Below, in pieces: positions 40,540 through 48,116 of a stretch of 64,000 nt of DNA. The stretch is taken from IMG/VR virus record IMGVR_UViG_3300047562_004403, positions 15,817-79,816 of that record. The stretch is one strand, 5' to 3'. The first letter of the stretch is position 1; each line of letters begins with the position of its first letter. Origin of the DNA: a virus. A program made the position numbers and the translations under genes. The notes under the pieces were generated by a model. It did not search any database and had not been told where the DNA came from. It was given only the letters and a program-made list of their open reading frames with translations.

Positions 40540-40692
40540 ATGTCTAAACTAATTTACAGAGGCGTAGCCTACGACCCTCAAGATCGTTTCTTTCAAAATC
40601 AAGAGCAAATTCAACAACAAGCCCAGCAATTACCACCTCATACTAAAGTATATAGAGGAGTAAAAGTTGTTGAGGAAAATAAAAATGAATAA
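40540..40692 (+). CDS. DUF4278-like small protein (50 aa, Gln-rich)
   Basis: MSKLIYRGVAYDPQDRFFQNQEQIQQQAQQLPPHTKVYRGVKVVEENKNE; GGAG RBS upstream. Confidence 0.8.
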   Translation: MSKLIYRGVAYDPQDRFFQNQEQIQQQAQQLPPHTKVYRGVKVVEENKNE

Positions 40693-40801
40693 ATCTATTA
40701 ACGTTCTTCAGTTAATAAAAGAAAAAAAGCAAAAAGAAGAGCGTCGTAATAAAGCCTCCCTGGCACAAATAACAGGGAAGTTCAATGAACAACCAATATA
40801 A
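40685..40801 (+). CDS. Small basic protein (38 aa)
   Basis: MNKSINVLQLIKEKKQKEERRNKASLAQITGKFNEQPI; GAGG RBS; overlaps upstream stop. Confidence 0.6.
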   Translation: MNKSINVLQLIKEKKQKEERRNKASLAQITGKFNEQPI

Positions 40802-40943
40802 ATATCATTTTGATGATATGGATAAAGATAGTAGGCCTCCTGCTTGCTATCTTTTGAGGTACCGAGGATGTGTATATTGGTCTTGCTATAGAATACAACT
40901 CAAAGAATGGTTTGAAAAAATATTGTGTATAGAAATCGATTAA
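40785..40943 (+). CDS. Small protein with YRG motif (52 aa)
   Basis: MNNQYKYHFDDMDKDSRPPACYLLRYRGCVYWSCYRIQLKEWFEKILCIEID. Confidence 0.6.
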   Translation: MNNQYKYHFDDMDKDSRPPACYLLRYRGCVYWSCYRIQLKEWFEKILCIEID

Positions 40944-40949
40944 AGTTCG

Positions 40950-40981
40950 AAAGAGAGGAGTAAGTGCCTCTCTTTTTTTTT
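40950..40981 (+). terminator. Intrinsic terminator closing the riboswitch operon
   Basis: AAAGAGAGG-AGTAAGTG-CCTCTCTTT followed by a long T run. Confidence 0.85.
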
Positions 40982-40994
40982 GCCACGCGCAACA

Positions 40995-41537
40995 ATGACT
41001 TTTTATTTTTCCTTTAGTAAAGAAAAAGTATTTGAGATATTCTGGAAATTTTTTAGACTTTTTATAGATCCTGTTCTAGACTTTTTAAATTCTAAAATTT
41101 TAAAAAAATATGGATTTAAAAACTTACAGGTTGTTTTTGATGAGCTGGATATTTTTTGGTTAAGAAATGGTCCTCATAAAAACTATTCCGAGTCTCAAGT
41201 AAGATTGATTATCTCGATGTTTCTTAAGGCAGCAGAAGATGAGCACATAACCCGGAAAGAACTTATTGCCTTAGTGGATTATGTTCAAAGAAAATGGACA
41301 AAATCTGAAGCTTTAAACAAAGTGCTTATAGCCACGGATGAAGTCATTGAGGCTCGTGTAGAAGCCACTATAGATCAAGCCGTTGAGCTTTATGAGAAGA
41401 CCTACGAGGAAAAACCACAAACCCCTGAGGAGTTTATCGCGAATACTGCAGAAATCATCTTCCATGAGCCGGATGGGAGCGAGGCTCAGGCGCTCCTTGG
41501 TGGAATGATGCAAATTCGCAACAAACTAATCCATTAG
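40995..41537 (+). CDS. Hypothetical protein
   Basis: Helical ORF; start at ATG 40995 is more plausible than TTG 40980. Confidence 0.55.
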   Translation: MTFYFSFSKEKVFEIFWKFFRLFIDPVLDFLNSKILKKYGFKNLQVVFDELDIFWLRNGPHKNYSESQVRLIISMFLKAAEDEHITRKELIALVDYVQRKWTKSEALNKVLIATDEVIEARVEATIDQAVELYEKTYEEKPQTPEEFIANTAEIIFHEPDGSEAQALLGGMMQIRNKLIH

Positions 41538-41541
41538 ATTT

Positions 41542-42756
41542 TTATAACGCCCAGACTGGTTCCATAGGGGCTTTAGTGGCCGTGTTATTTTGGCGAAGAA
41601 TCTTATAACTCCCATCTTGCTTGGTCTCCGGATCAATCCATTCACGATTGCCCTCTAAAGCTTCAATGATCTCACCCACCCAATCTGCAGCAGTTGTGCA
41701 TGGGACGTTCTGACAGATGACATTACTGTGCTTAGTTGGAATATGGACTTTGGTGGCGTAGTCCGGTGGAAAGCCCATCAGTGCTAGGCCTTCAGCCACT
41801 GTAAGCCAACGATCCTCATAGGGATGCATAAGCATCGGAAGACTCTTCCACATAAGCGCCTGTGTGCGTACCCATGCAAGTTTCATGCTTCCGTCCATGA
41901 TATTTTTTCCGGCACGTTTTTTCTCTAAAGTATAATTAAGCCAACGATTTATCCTCTCATCCCTTACGACTCTGCAGGCCTCCTCAAGCCAACCGGAGTC
42001 ATAGATCACATTCCATACACTTACCATGCGCTTAGATGCTACATGGGCGAGAATGTCTTGTTTTGTAGAGCCGGTGTATTTGGATTCAATAAATTGCCAT
42101 AAAGGATCGGAGGAAGGAATGGGTTTATTACTCACGGATTCCGATGGGGCAAAATCACCTTTCTTGAGGAACTGATGGAAAGGCGTATATGGTTTTTTAA
42201 TCGGCTTGAGTACGGGGACTTTGCTACCTTGCCACAAGAAAAAGAAACTCCGTGTCCGTTCTTGCGGGATTCCATGGTTAAGAGACGTGGTTTTCACCAG
42301 ACTCATAGTATAACCATGGCGCTGAGCAAGATTATTGATTCGCTCAGCAAATTCTTCCCCCATTTTAGAATATAGAGCCGGAGCATTCTCTACAATCATG
42401 GCCTTAGGCTTAATTTTGGACATGGCAAACTCAGACCCATTGAGCATGTGCATATTGCTTGGAGCGCTACATCCTCGGGGATTATTTACTTTGTCTCCGG
42501 ACGTGGTATTTCCCATGCTTAATCCTGCGCAGGGCGGAAGACAAGTTACAATATCTACATGCTGAGTAGGATATTGCCCTTCATCCAACTCGTAATATGG
42601 AACTTTGTCAAAGTACTTCAGGCAATACTGATCATTGGCTCCAAAAGTACTCCCCCAAGATGCAATCCACTCAGGATTTCTATTTAATGCTCTAGTGGCT
42701 CCAAGAACGCTACCCCCAACAAGAGGGATGACATGGCCATGGGTATATTTTGACAT
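41542..42756 (-). CDS. Divergent C5-cytosine methyltransferase-family protein
   Basis: PPCAGLS (IV), ENAP (VI), PQERTR (VIII), HP..DRWLTVAE.LALMGFP (IX); motifs I and X non-canonical. Confidence 0.8.
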   Translation of the reverse strand: MSKYTHGHVIPLVGGSVLGATRALNRNPEWIASWGSTFGANDQYCLKYFDKVPYYELDEGQYPTQHVDIVTCLPPCAGLSMGNTTSGDKVNNPRGCSAPSNMHMLNGSEFAMSKIKPKAMIVENAPALYSKMGEEFAERINNLAQRHGYTMSLVKTTSLNHGIPQERTRSFFFLWQGSKVPVLKPIKKPYTPFHQFLKKGDFAPSESVSNKPIPSSDPLWQFIESKYTGSTKQDILAHVASKRMVSVWNVIYDSGWLEEACRVVRDERINRWLNYTLEKKRAGKNIMDGSMKLAWVRTQALMWKSLPMLMHPYEDRWLTVAEGLALMGFPPDYATKVHIPTKHSNVICQNVPCTTAADWVGEIIEALEGNREWIDPETKQDGSYKILRQNNTATKAPMEPVWAL

Positions 42757-42808
42757 GGTATAATTACTTTATGGAGGTCTTTAGACTGATTTGATTTAAA
42801 TTGTTTGG

Positions 42809-42816
42809 GTTTAAAG
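42809..42816 (+). promoter_or_regulatory. Putative late promoter element GTTTAAAG
   Basis: Exact motif 23 nt before the ATG at 42840. Confidence 0.6.
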
Positions 42817-42839
42817 ACTAATTAAATAGCGCGTAGACT

Positions 42840-45185
42840 ATGCTCGGGGATTATGCCCCTCAGGATTGGGGAATCGCAGATAAAACTGAATGGGTAGCGG
42901 AACAGCCACTTGAGGGCGAGGCTAGGATGCCTGCTCTTGAGGGCGTGGATGTTGTTGGGTTTTGTGAAGTAATAAGTTTTGCTGCTGGGCAATTTATACC
43001 TGACAATGTAAAGAAAATGGCTGCGGGACAACCTAACTACACGTTTAGAAATCCTCAAACAGGGCAGACTTATATCAAGAGAAATGGGCACTGGACGGTT
43101 AGTCAACAAGATGGAAAGAAAATCCAAGAAAAGATGAGCAATGCGATAGATCGTGGTAATATACCAAAAGAACATCTAGACGAACCAAGGTCTCGATCAG
43201 AAGTTAAACCTAAACTTAAATCTAAACCCAAACAAGAAACGCAACCCGAACCAGCACCTGAACCAAAACCCAAAGTCGAACAAAAACCAGAGATTCAAGA
43301 AAAAGCTCAACCTGATCCGCTCCAGGAGAAAAGCTCTGCTTCCAACATTTACGCAATAGATCAGTCAACTACAGAATCCATTTCCAGAGTGAAGAGCTTA
43401 AGCTCCGCACCGGCCACTGATCCTACTTTCAAATCAGGACAGATCGCTTTCAAGCAAATCGAAGACCACTACTCTAAAGTTTCTCCTTACGAAGAGGCCC
43501 TAACTAAGCTCTCCGGTAAAGGCGGATTCGGGAATAAGATTATGTCCGCGCTTTTAAAGGACTTTGATCTTGATCAACAAGTTGAGATTAAAAAGAAAAC
43601 TTTTGTTACTCCAAGAAAGATCCTTGAAGACGCGGGCCTTGACGTGAATAACCCAGAAAAAGTTCAAAAGTTTCGTTCTTTATTGCAGTCCTTAAATTCT
43701 CACCTAGGTCCTGACGGCGGCTGGACAACCTCTCCGACTCACTCTCTGTCGGAAGGCCTTGGATTTTTTGAAGCAGAGCACGTCCAGCATAGATCTGATA
43801 TGGCGGATCCAAAAACGTTACCTTCGGATCTAAGAGTTAAGGCTTTTTCAACTGGAGCGGACTTTCAGGATTCTTCAGCTTGGGCGGATATGACTCCTCA
43901 AGAGATCGATTTAGTATTCCATCTTCTACCCACAGCAGCGCAAACGTCATTGAAGAAGAGTGGATCTCCTGATAAGTACTATGATCCTTTGTCGCCTGGA
44001 GGGCAAAGTAATAACCCTACAGATCTTCGCGGAAGACTAGCTTTGTTTATGTGGGCAAAACAAGGTGGTCGTGATGGTTACTCTCTGTCAGGAATGCAAA
44101 GATCGCCAGGCGAGTTTCAGGTGGAACACGTACAGGATCTATCGTCCGGTGGTAAAGATACCGCGTCTAACTTTGTGATGCTGCTAAAGAGAGTGAATGA
44201 ACCACGTTCCAGTCTTCCACTACCTACATTTGTAGAGCAGGCGTCAAGAAGAGCCAAAGAAGTAGAGAAAAACCTGGCTGATCCAGGTGGAGAGTTTTTA
44301 CAAACAAGACTTAAAGCTCTGCAGCAAAGAGGAGTGCATGACTCCCTTAGCGACAGTTCTAATCCTTTGCTTGGATCCATTTCTAACCTGTCTAGTCCAG
44401 AATTTTTTAAACTCGTGCAAAAAAATTCGGAGTCTCTTCCAGAAAATCTAAGACCATCCATAGATGAGTTTAATAAGTTCGCGGATTCAGTCAATTCTAT
44501 AACTGATCCAAGTACTAAGATTTCGGATCTAAGCGTTGCTCAAATGAACCAACTTCTTTCCTCACTGGAATCATTTGGCGCTAACCCCGACAAAGTTAAA
44601 GAGTATCTTGGCAGGTCAGTGTTCAACAACTACCATGATGGTAATAGAATCCAATCTATAAAATCCGATGGAACTATAGTTGCTGGACGCGGGGGGACTA
44701 ATTCCGCTCCGGCACCGCTACAGTTTCTTGAGAATAGACTTATGGGCAGACCAGAATCTGTATCTCCAGAGGAGTATGGTTCTGGGCTAGCGTTAGTATC
44801 CAATGCTCATGATAATATAAGAAACGCGAGAAATAAGCTCATCGAGAATGGCGGAGGAGATTTTTCGCAATTCCACGAGGCTTTAGGGGATTCTTTAATG
44901 ACAATATGCGGATTAGACGAAGGGTCTCCTGAGTGGATACGTAATAGAAAGATTAGTACCAGAGACCTCTCTAGAACTATCGAAAATTACGTAGGTACTT
45001 TTCCACCAAATAGACCTGTTGGAGGCCAGCTCGCGAGCTTATACGTGTCCGCTGCTCTTGACTACCACGGGTTCAGCAAAGAACAACTTGATAATCCCGA
45101 CGCAATTAAGAAAAAAGCTGATAGAGTAAAAGTCTTAAAAATCAAATCCACCTTGGACCAAATAACTCAAGGTACTAAATCATGA
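42840..45185 (+). CDS. Large late protein with Pro/Lys linker and internal HNH-like motif
   Basis: KQGGRDGYS...QVEHVQDLSSGGKDTASNFVMLLKRVN; PEPAPEPKPK linker. Confidence 0.55.
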   Translation: MLGDYAPQDWGIADKTEWVAEQPLEGEARMPALEGVDVVGFCEVISFAAGQFIPDNVKKMAAGQPNYTFRNPQTGQTYIKRNGHWTVSQQDGKKIQEKMSNAIDRGNIPKEHLDEPRSRSEVKPKLKSKPKQETQPEPAPEPKPKVEQKPEIQEKAQPDPLQEKSSASNIYAIDQSTTESISRVKSLSSAPATDPTFKSGQIAFKQIEDHYSKVSPYEEALTKLSGKGGFGNKIMSALLKDFDLDQQVEIKKKTFVTPRKILEDAGLDVNNPEKVQKFRSLLQSLNSHLGPDGGWTTSPTHSLSEGLGFFEAEHVQHRSDMADPKTLPSDLRVKAFSTGADFQDSSAWADMTPQEIDLVFHLLPTAAQTSLKKSGSPDKYYDPLSPGGQSNNPTDLRGRLALFMWAKQGGRDGYSLSGMQRSPGEFQVEHVQDLSSGGKDTASNFVMLLKRVNEPRSSLPLPTFVEQASRRAKEVEKNLADPGGEFLQTRLKALQQRGVHDSLSDSSNPLLGSISNLSSPEFFKLVQKNSESLPENLRPSIDEFNKFADSVNSITDPSTKISDLSVAQMNQLLSSLESFGANPDKVKEYLGRSVFNNYHDGNRIQSIKSDGTIVAGRGGTNSAPAPLQFLENRLMGRPESVSPEEYGSGLALVSNAHDNIRNARNKLIENGGGDFSQFHEALGDSLMTICGLDEGSPEWIRNRKISTRDLSRTIENYVGTFPPNRPVGGQLASLYVSAALDYHGFSKEQLDNPDAIKKKADRVKVLKIKSTLDQITQGTKS

Positions 45186-45661
45186 ATGACAGATTTACAA
45201 GCGTTATAGAAAACACGCTCTATAAGTTAAATACAACTTTAGCAGACCTAGGGCTCTCAACAGACGAGCTTTACGCGTACGCCAAAAAATACAAGTTTAA
45301 TACCAATGAGCTTGAATCTTTTATTACTGAAAAGCACAACAAAGCAAAAAAACAACCATCTAAAGTAAACCTAACAGAGTCGGACTACTTGGAAATACTC
45401 AGAAGAAAAAAGCTAAGGGAAGGTGCCAATTACGCCGATTCCATGGTATTCTATAAAGGAAAAGCGCTGGGGCGCTGCCCGGCAGGAACAACACGCGCTG
45501 GTAAAACGTGCGTTCCTGGCGCCTCAGCTACGCCAAATGGCCCCGGGTATAAACAAACTGACCTCGGCGGATTATCGCAGGCTCAAGTCCAAGCTCTATC
45601 CAAAGCCAAATCCACCGAAGATATTATTAAAGCACATAAAAAATTTAACAAAAATGATTGA
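45182..45661 (+). CDS. Hypothetical protein
   Basis: ATGA-coupled to the upstream gene; NYAD site followed by CPAGTTRAGKTCVP. Confidence 0.6.
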   Translation: MNDRFTSVIENTLYKLNTTLADLGLSTDELYAYAKKYKFNTNELESFITEKHNKAKKQPSKVNLTESDYLEILRRKKLREGANYADSMVFYKGKALGRCPAGTTRAGKTCVPGASATPNGPGYKQTDLGGLSQAQVQALSKAKSTEDIIKAHKKFNKND

Positions 45662-45893
45662 AAGAATTGCAAAGCCCGTCCGGTTTGATAAGGACGTGCC
45701 CTGGCTCGTAGTAGCCCATGATGGCGAGAAATTTTTCGTAGCAAAAGAAGATGTAATTGCCGAAGACCCAACAATGGAACTCATCGAGATGGGAAGTCGA
45801 TCCCTGCTCCAATGGGCCATAGAGTATCAGTATCCGCTTCGTAAATTCGTCAAGCTTCAGCGCCTTCTTGTGGAGAAGTATTTCGGACCCTAG
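45654..45893 (+). CDS. Hypothetical protein (79 aa)
   Basis: MIERIAKPVRFDKD...; the internal ATG of track ORF 45423..45893 avoids a long overlap. Confidence 0.55.
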   Translation: MIERIAKPVRFDKDVPWLVVAHDGEKFFVAKEDVIAEDPTMELIEMGSRSLLQWAIEYQYPLRKFVKLQRLLVEKYFGP

Positions 45894-45947
45894 ACAAATT
45901 TAACATGGTTGTGGTAAAATGGTCTCATAACCCTAACAAGAGAGTCC

Positions 45948-46793
45948 ATGCCACAACCCTGTCTATCCTTCGACCTTCAGTATATTAAAATTGCTCGTGA
46001 AATCCTTGATAATGGCATCGAGATTGTAGGTCGTAATAATCTCCGTTATAAACAAATTTTCGGACAAACAATCAAAGTTGATTTACGAGATGGTTTCCCC
46101 GCGCTCACTCTTCGCAAAATGCCCACGCGTAACTTATTTCGCGAGTTTATGTGGGATATCTCGGGAGACTATAGGGTAAGCAATCTCGGACCAGCAAAAC
46201 ATTTTTGGGACTTTCTCGCCGATGCCGAAGGCCGACTCGCAGGATCCTATGGACGTTCTTGGCGCTCCTGGCCCAAAGTCTGCCCAGAAGAAAGCATGGA
46301 ATGGGAGAATTTTCGCAAAGAACCATTTGACCAGCTTAAGTGGATTTGGGAACAACTTCGCACTAATCCAACTAATCGCCAACTTGTACTTCAGACCGTA
46401 AACCCGGCATATGAGTCTTTGCATTGCCCAGGTTGTCATCCCTGCCTCGTGTTTAGTTCCGATGGCGCTCATCTCGATCTTCTTGTGACCGCGAGGAGCA
46501 ATGACATGGCCACAGGAGTGCCCCTAGATATGTTTCGCTATGGCCTTCTCACCACCAAGATGGCTCAGGACGCTAATCTGATTCCGCGATTTGTGATGTT
46601 TGCCTCTGCCAATAACCACGTCTACTCTCAAAACGAACTTGCGATTAAGTCGATCATCACAAACTCCCCTATGACACCTTGTGATGTTTGGATCAATAAC
46701 GAAAAACCCATCTTCGATCTCGATCCAGAAACCGACTTCGAACTCATCGATTACACTTCCCATCCTGCCAAGAAAATGGATCTTGCCAACTAA
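45948..46793 (+). CDS. Thymidylate synthase-fold enzyme, predicted dCMP (hydroxy)methyltransferase
   Basis: DLRDGFP, YG..WR.W, DQL...LRTNPTNR, PGCH, RSNDMATGVPLD (Asp at the TS Asn177 position), HVY; promoter TAGACA-18-TAAAAT at 45891-45920. Confidence 0.85.
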   Translation: MPQPCLSFDLQYIKIAREILDNGIEIVGRNNLRYKQIFGQTIKVDLRDGFPALTLRKMPTRNLFREFMWDISGDYRVSNLGPAKHFWDFLADAEGRLAGSYGRSWRSWPKVCPEESMEWENFRKEPFDQLKWIWEQLRTNPTNRQLVLQTVNPAYESLHCPGCHPCLVFSSDGAHLDLLVTARSNDMATGVPLDMFRYGLLTTKMAQDANLIPRFVMFASANNHVYSQNELAIKSIITNSPMTPCDVWINNEKPIFDLDPETDFELIDYTSHPAKKMDLAN

Positions 46794-48067
46794 TGCCTCT
46801 ACCTGAATACGATTATACCACTACGCTTCTTGAAGATGTATTTGAGCCCGTCATCGATCCTTATTGTCCGGTTTATGTCATTGATTTTAAAGTATGTGCG
46901 CATTTTATCAATAATTATTCGGAAACCGCGGTGGATGTGGCAAATGGTTCTGAAGAAAATCTTCGAAAGATAATTCGGGCAATGTGGGCCTATAGGCTTA
47001 ACCGCGGGCCTGATATGCTCAAACCCATGCCCTTTATAGGTCTTATTGCTGATGATTTTAAGGGTTCTCTTCCAGCCGATTTTTCAGAGGCCTCGGCGAG
47101 TGGCAAGGGGTACTGGAGACACATTGAAGCTCATAAACTTGACATGGCCGAGTATAAAGGTGGAAGGGGAGAAAAAACCGAATTTTTTGATCTTATCCAA
47201 GACGAGGGATATAAATACATTCAATCGCCCGGCTCCACATTCCATTATTTTGCCAAGGAATTTTTCGAAGCAGACGATATCGCAGGCCATGTCTGTAGAT
47301 TAAAGCGTAAAGCTCGTAAGAACTCCAAACTTGCCAAACGTCAGATCCTATTAGGCACTCTTGACGGTGATTGGCAAGGCCTTGTCTCCGACGACCATGG
47401 AATCATTTGGGCAAATACCGGACCTTGGTTGCCTCGTTTACGCTCAGAACGTGAAGTTTGCGACTATTACCTGCGTAAAGAAGGAATGCATATTACATCG
47501 GCCAAAGGCTGCTATGACTTCAAAGTTGAATATGGTGATCTAGGAGATAATCTTTATCCAGGAACTCCATTGAGATTTTTTGATCTATACAACGAGGATA
47601 CCACTTGGCGCTTTACAAGCGATGATACTAAACGCCTACTTAAGGTGCTTGGTAGTACTACACCTTCTAATCGCCCGGATCATATGGAATCTGCAAGGAC
47701 TTTTCTTTTGCGAAAAGGGCTTTTTCTTCCTGAAATCCCTACAACTTGGCATGAAGACAAAACCTCATACTTCTCTAGGGCAAGAAAAGCCCGCATTGAA
47801 AATTCTCATCCGGAACTCACGGGGAGAAATAGAACAATTTGCATGGAGAAAATCTCCGATATGAAAAACTTTGAAAAATGCAAAGAACTTGCACTAGAGG
47901 ATGTAAAAATACATTCCGAAATAAAAACCGAAACAGAACACTTACGTCAATGTAAAGAAATAGAGGATAAAAAATGTATCAAAGAACTTAGAACTATACT
48001 TCGTAGTCTTAAAGATTTGCGCTCTTCCATCAAAGAAGAATTATCAAAACTAATAACCAAATCTTGA
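46793..48067 (+). CDS. 5'-3' exonuclease / flap endonuclease (T4 RNase H, PolA N-terminal-like)
   Basis: YKGGR, EADDIAG, DGDWQGL, GDLGDN motifs. Confidence 0.85.
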   Translation: MPLPEYDYTTTLLEDVFEPVIDPYCPVYVIDFKVCAHFINNYSETAVDVANGSEENLRKIIRAMWAYRLNRGPDMLKPMPFIGLIADDFKGSLPADFSEASASGKGYWRHIEAHKLDMAEYKGGRGEKTEFFDLIQDEGYKYIQSPGSTFHYFAKEFFEADDIAGHVCRLKRKARKNSKLAKRQILLGTLDGDWQGLVSDDHGIIWANTGPWLPRLRSEREVCDYYLRKEGMHITSAKGCYDFKVEYGDLGDNLYPGTPLRFFDLYNEDTTWRFTSDDTKRLLKVLGSTTPSNRPDHMESARTFLLRKGLFLPEIPTTWHEDKTSYFSRARKARIENSHPELTGRNRTICMEKISDMKNFEKCKELALEDVKIHSEIKTETEHLRQCKEIEDKKCIKELRTILRSLKDLRSSIKEELSKLITKS

Positions 48068-48093
48068 CTCAAATACCCCATATAGTCTATAAT
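48064..48093 (+). promoter_or_regulatory. Sigma70-type promoter
   Basis: TTGACT-18 nt-TATAAT upstream of 48117. Confidence 0.65.
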
Positions 48094-48116
48094 AGCTTTA
48101 TTCGCCAAATTTTTAT

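Noticed and set aside
42822-43175. Antisense or alternative-frame ORFs from the track (e.g. 42822-43175, 33072-33584, 54991-55638, 17126-17521)
   Set aside because: They are shadow ORFs overlapping well-supported genes and have no recognisable motifs.
45948-46793. Annotation as ordinary thyA
   Set aside because: Asp replaces the dUMP-specifying Asn, so the gene symbol was withheld.
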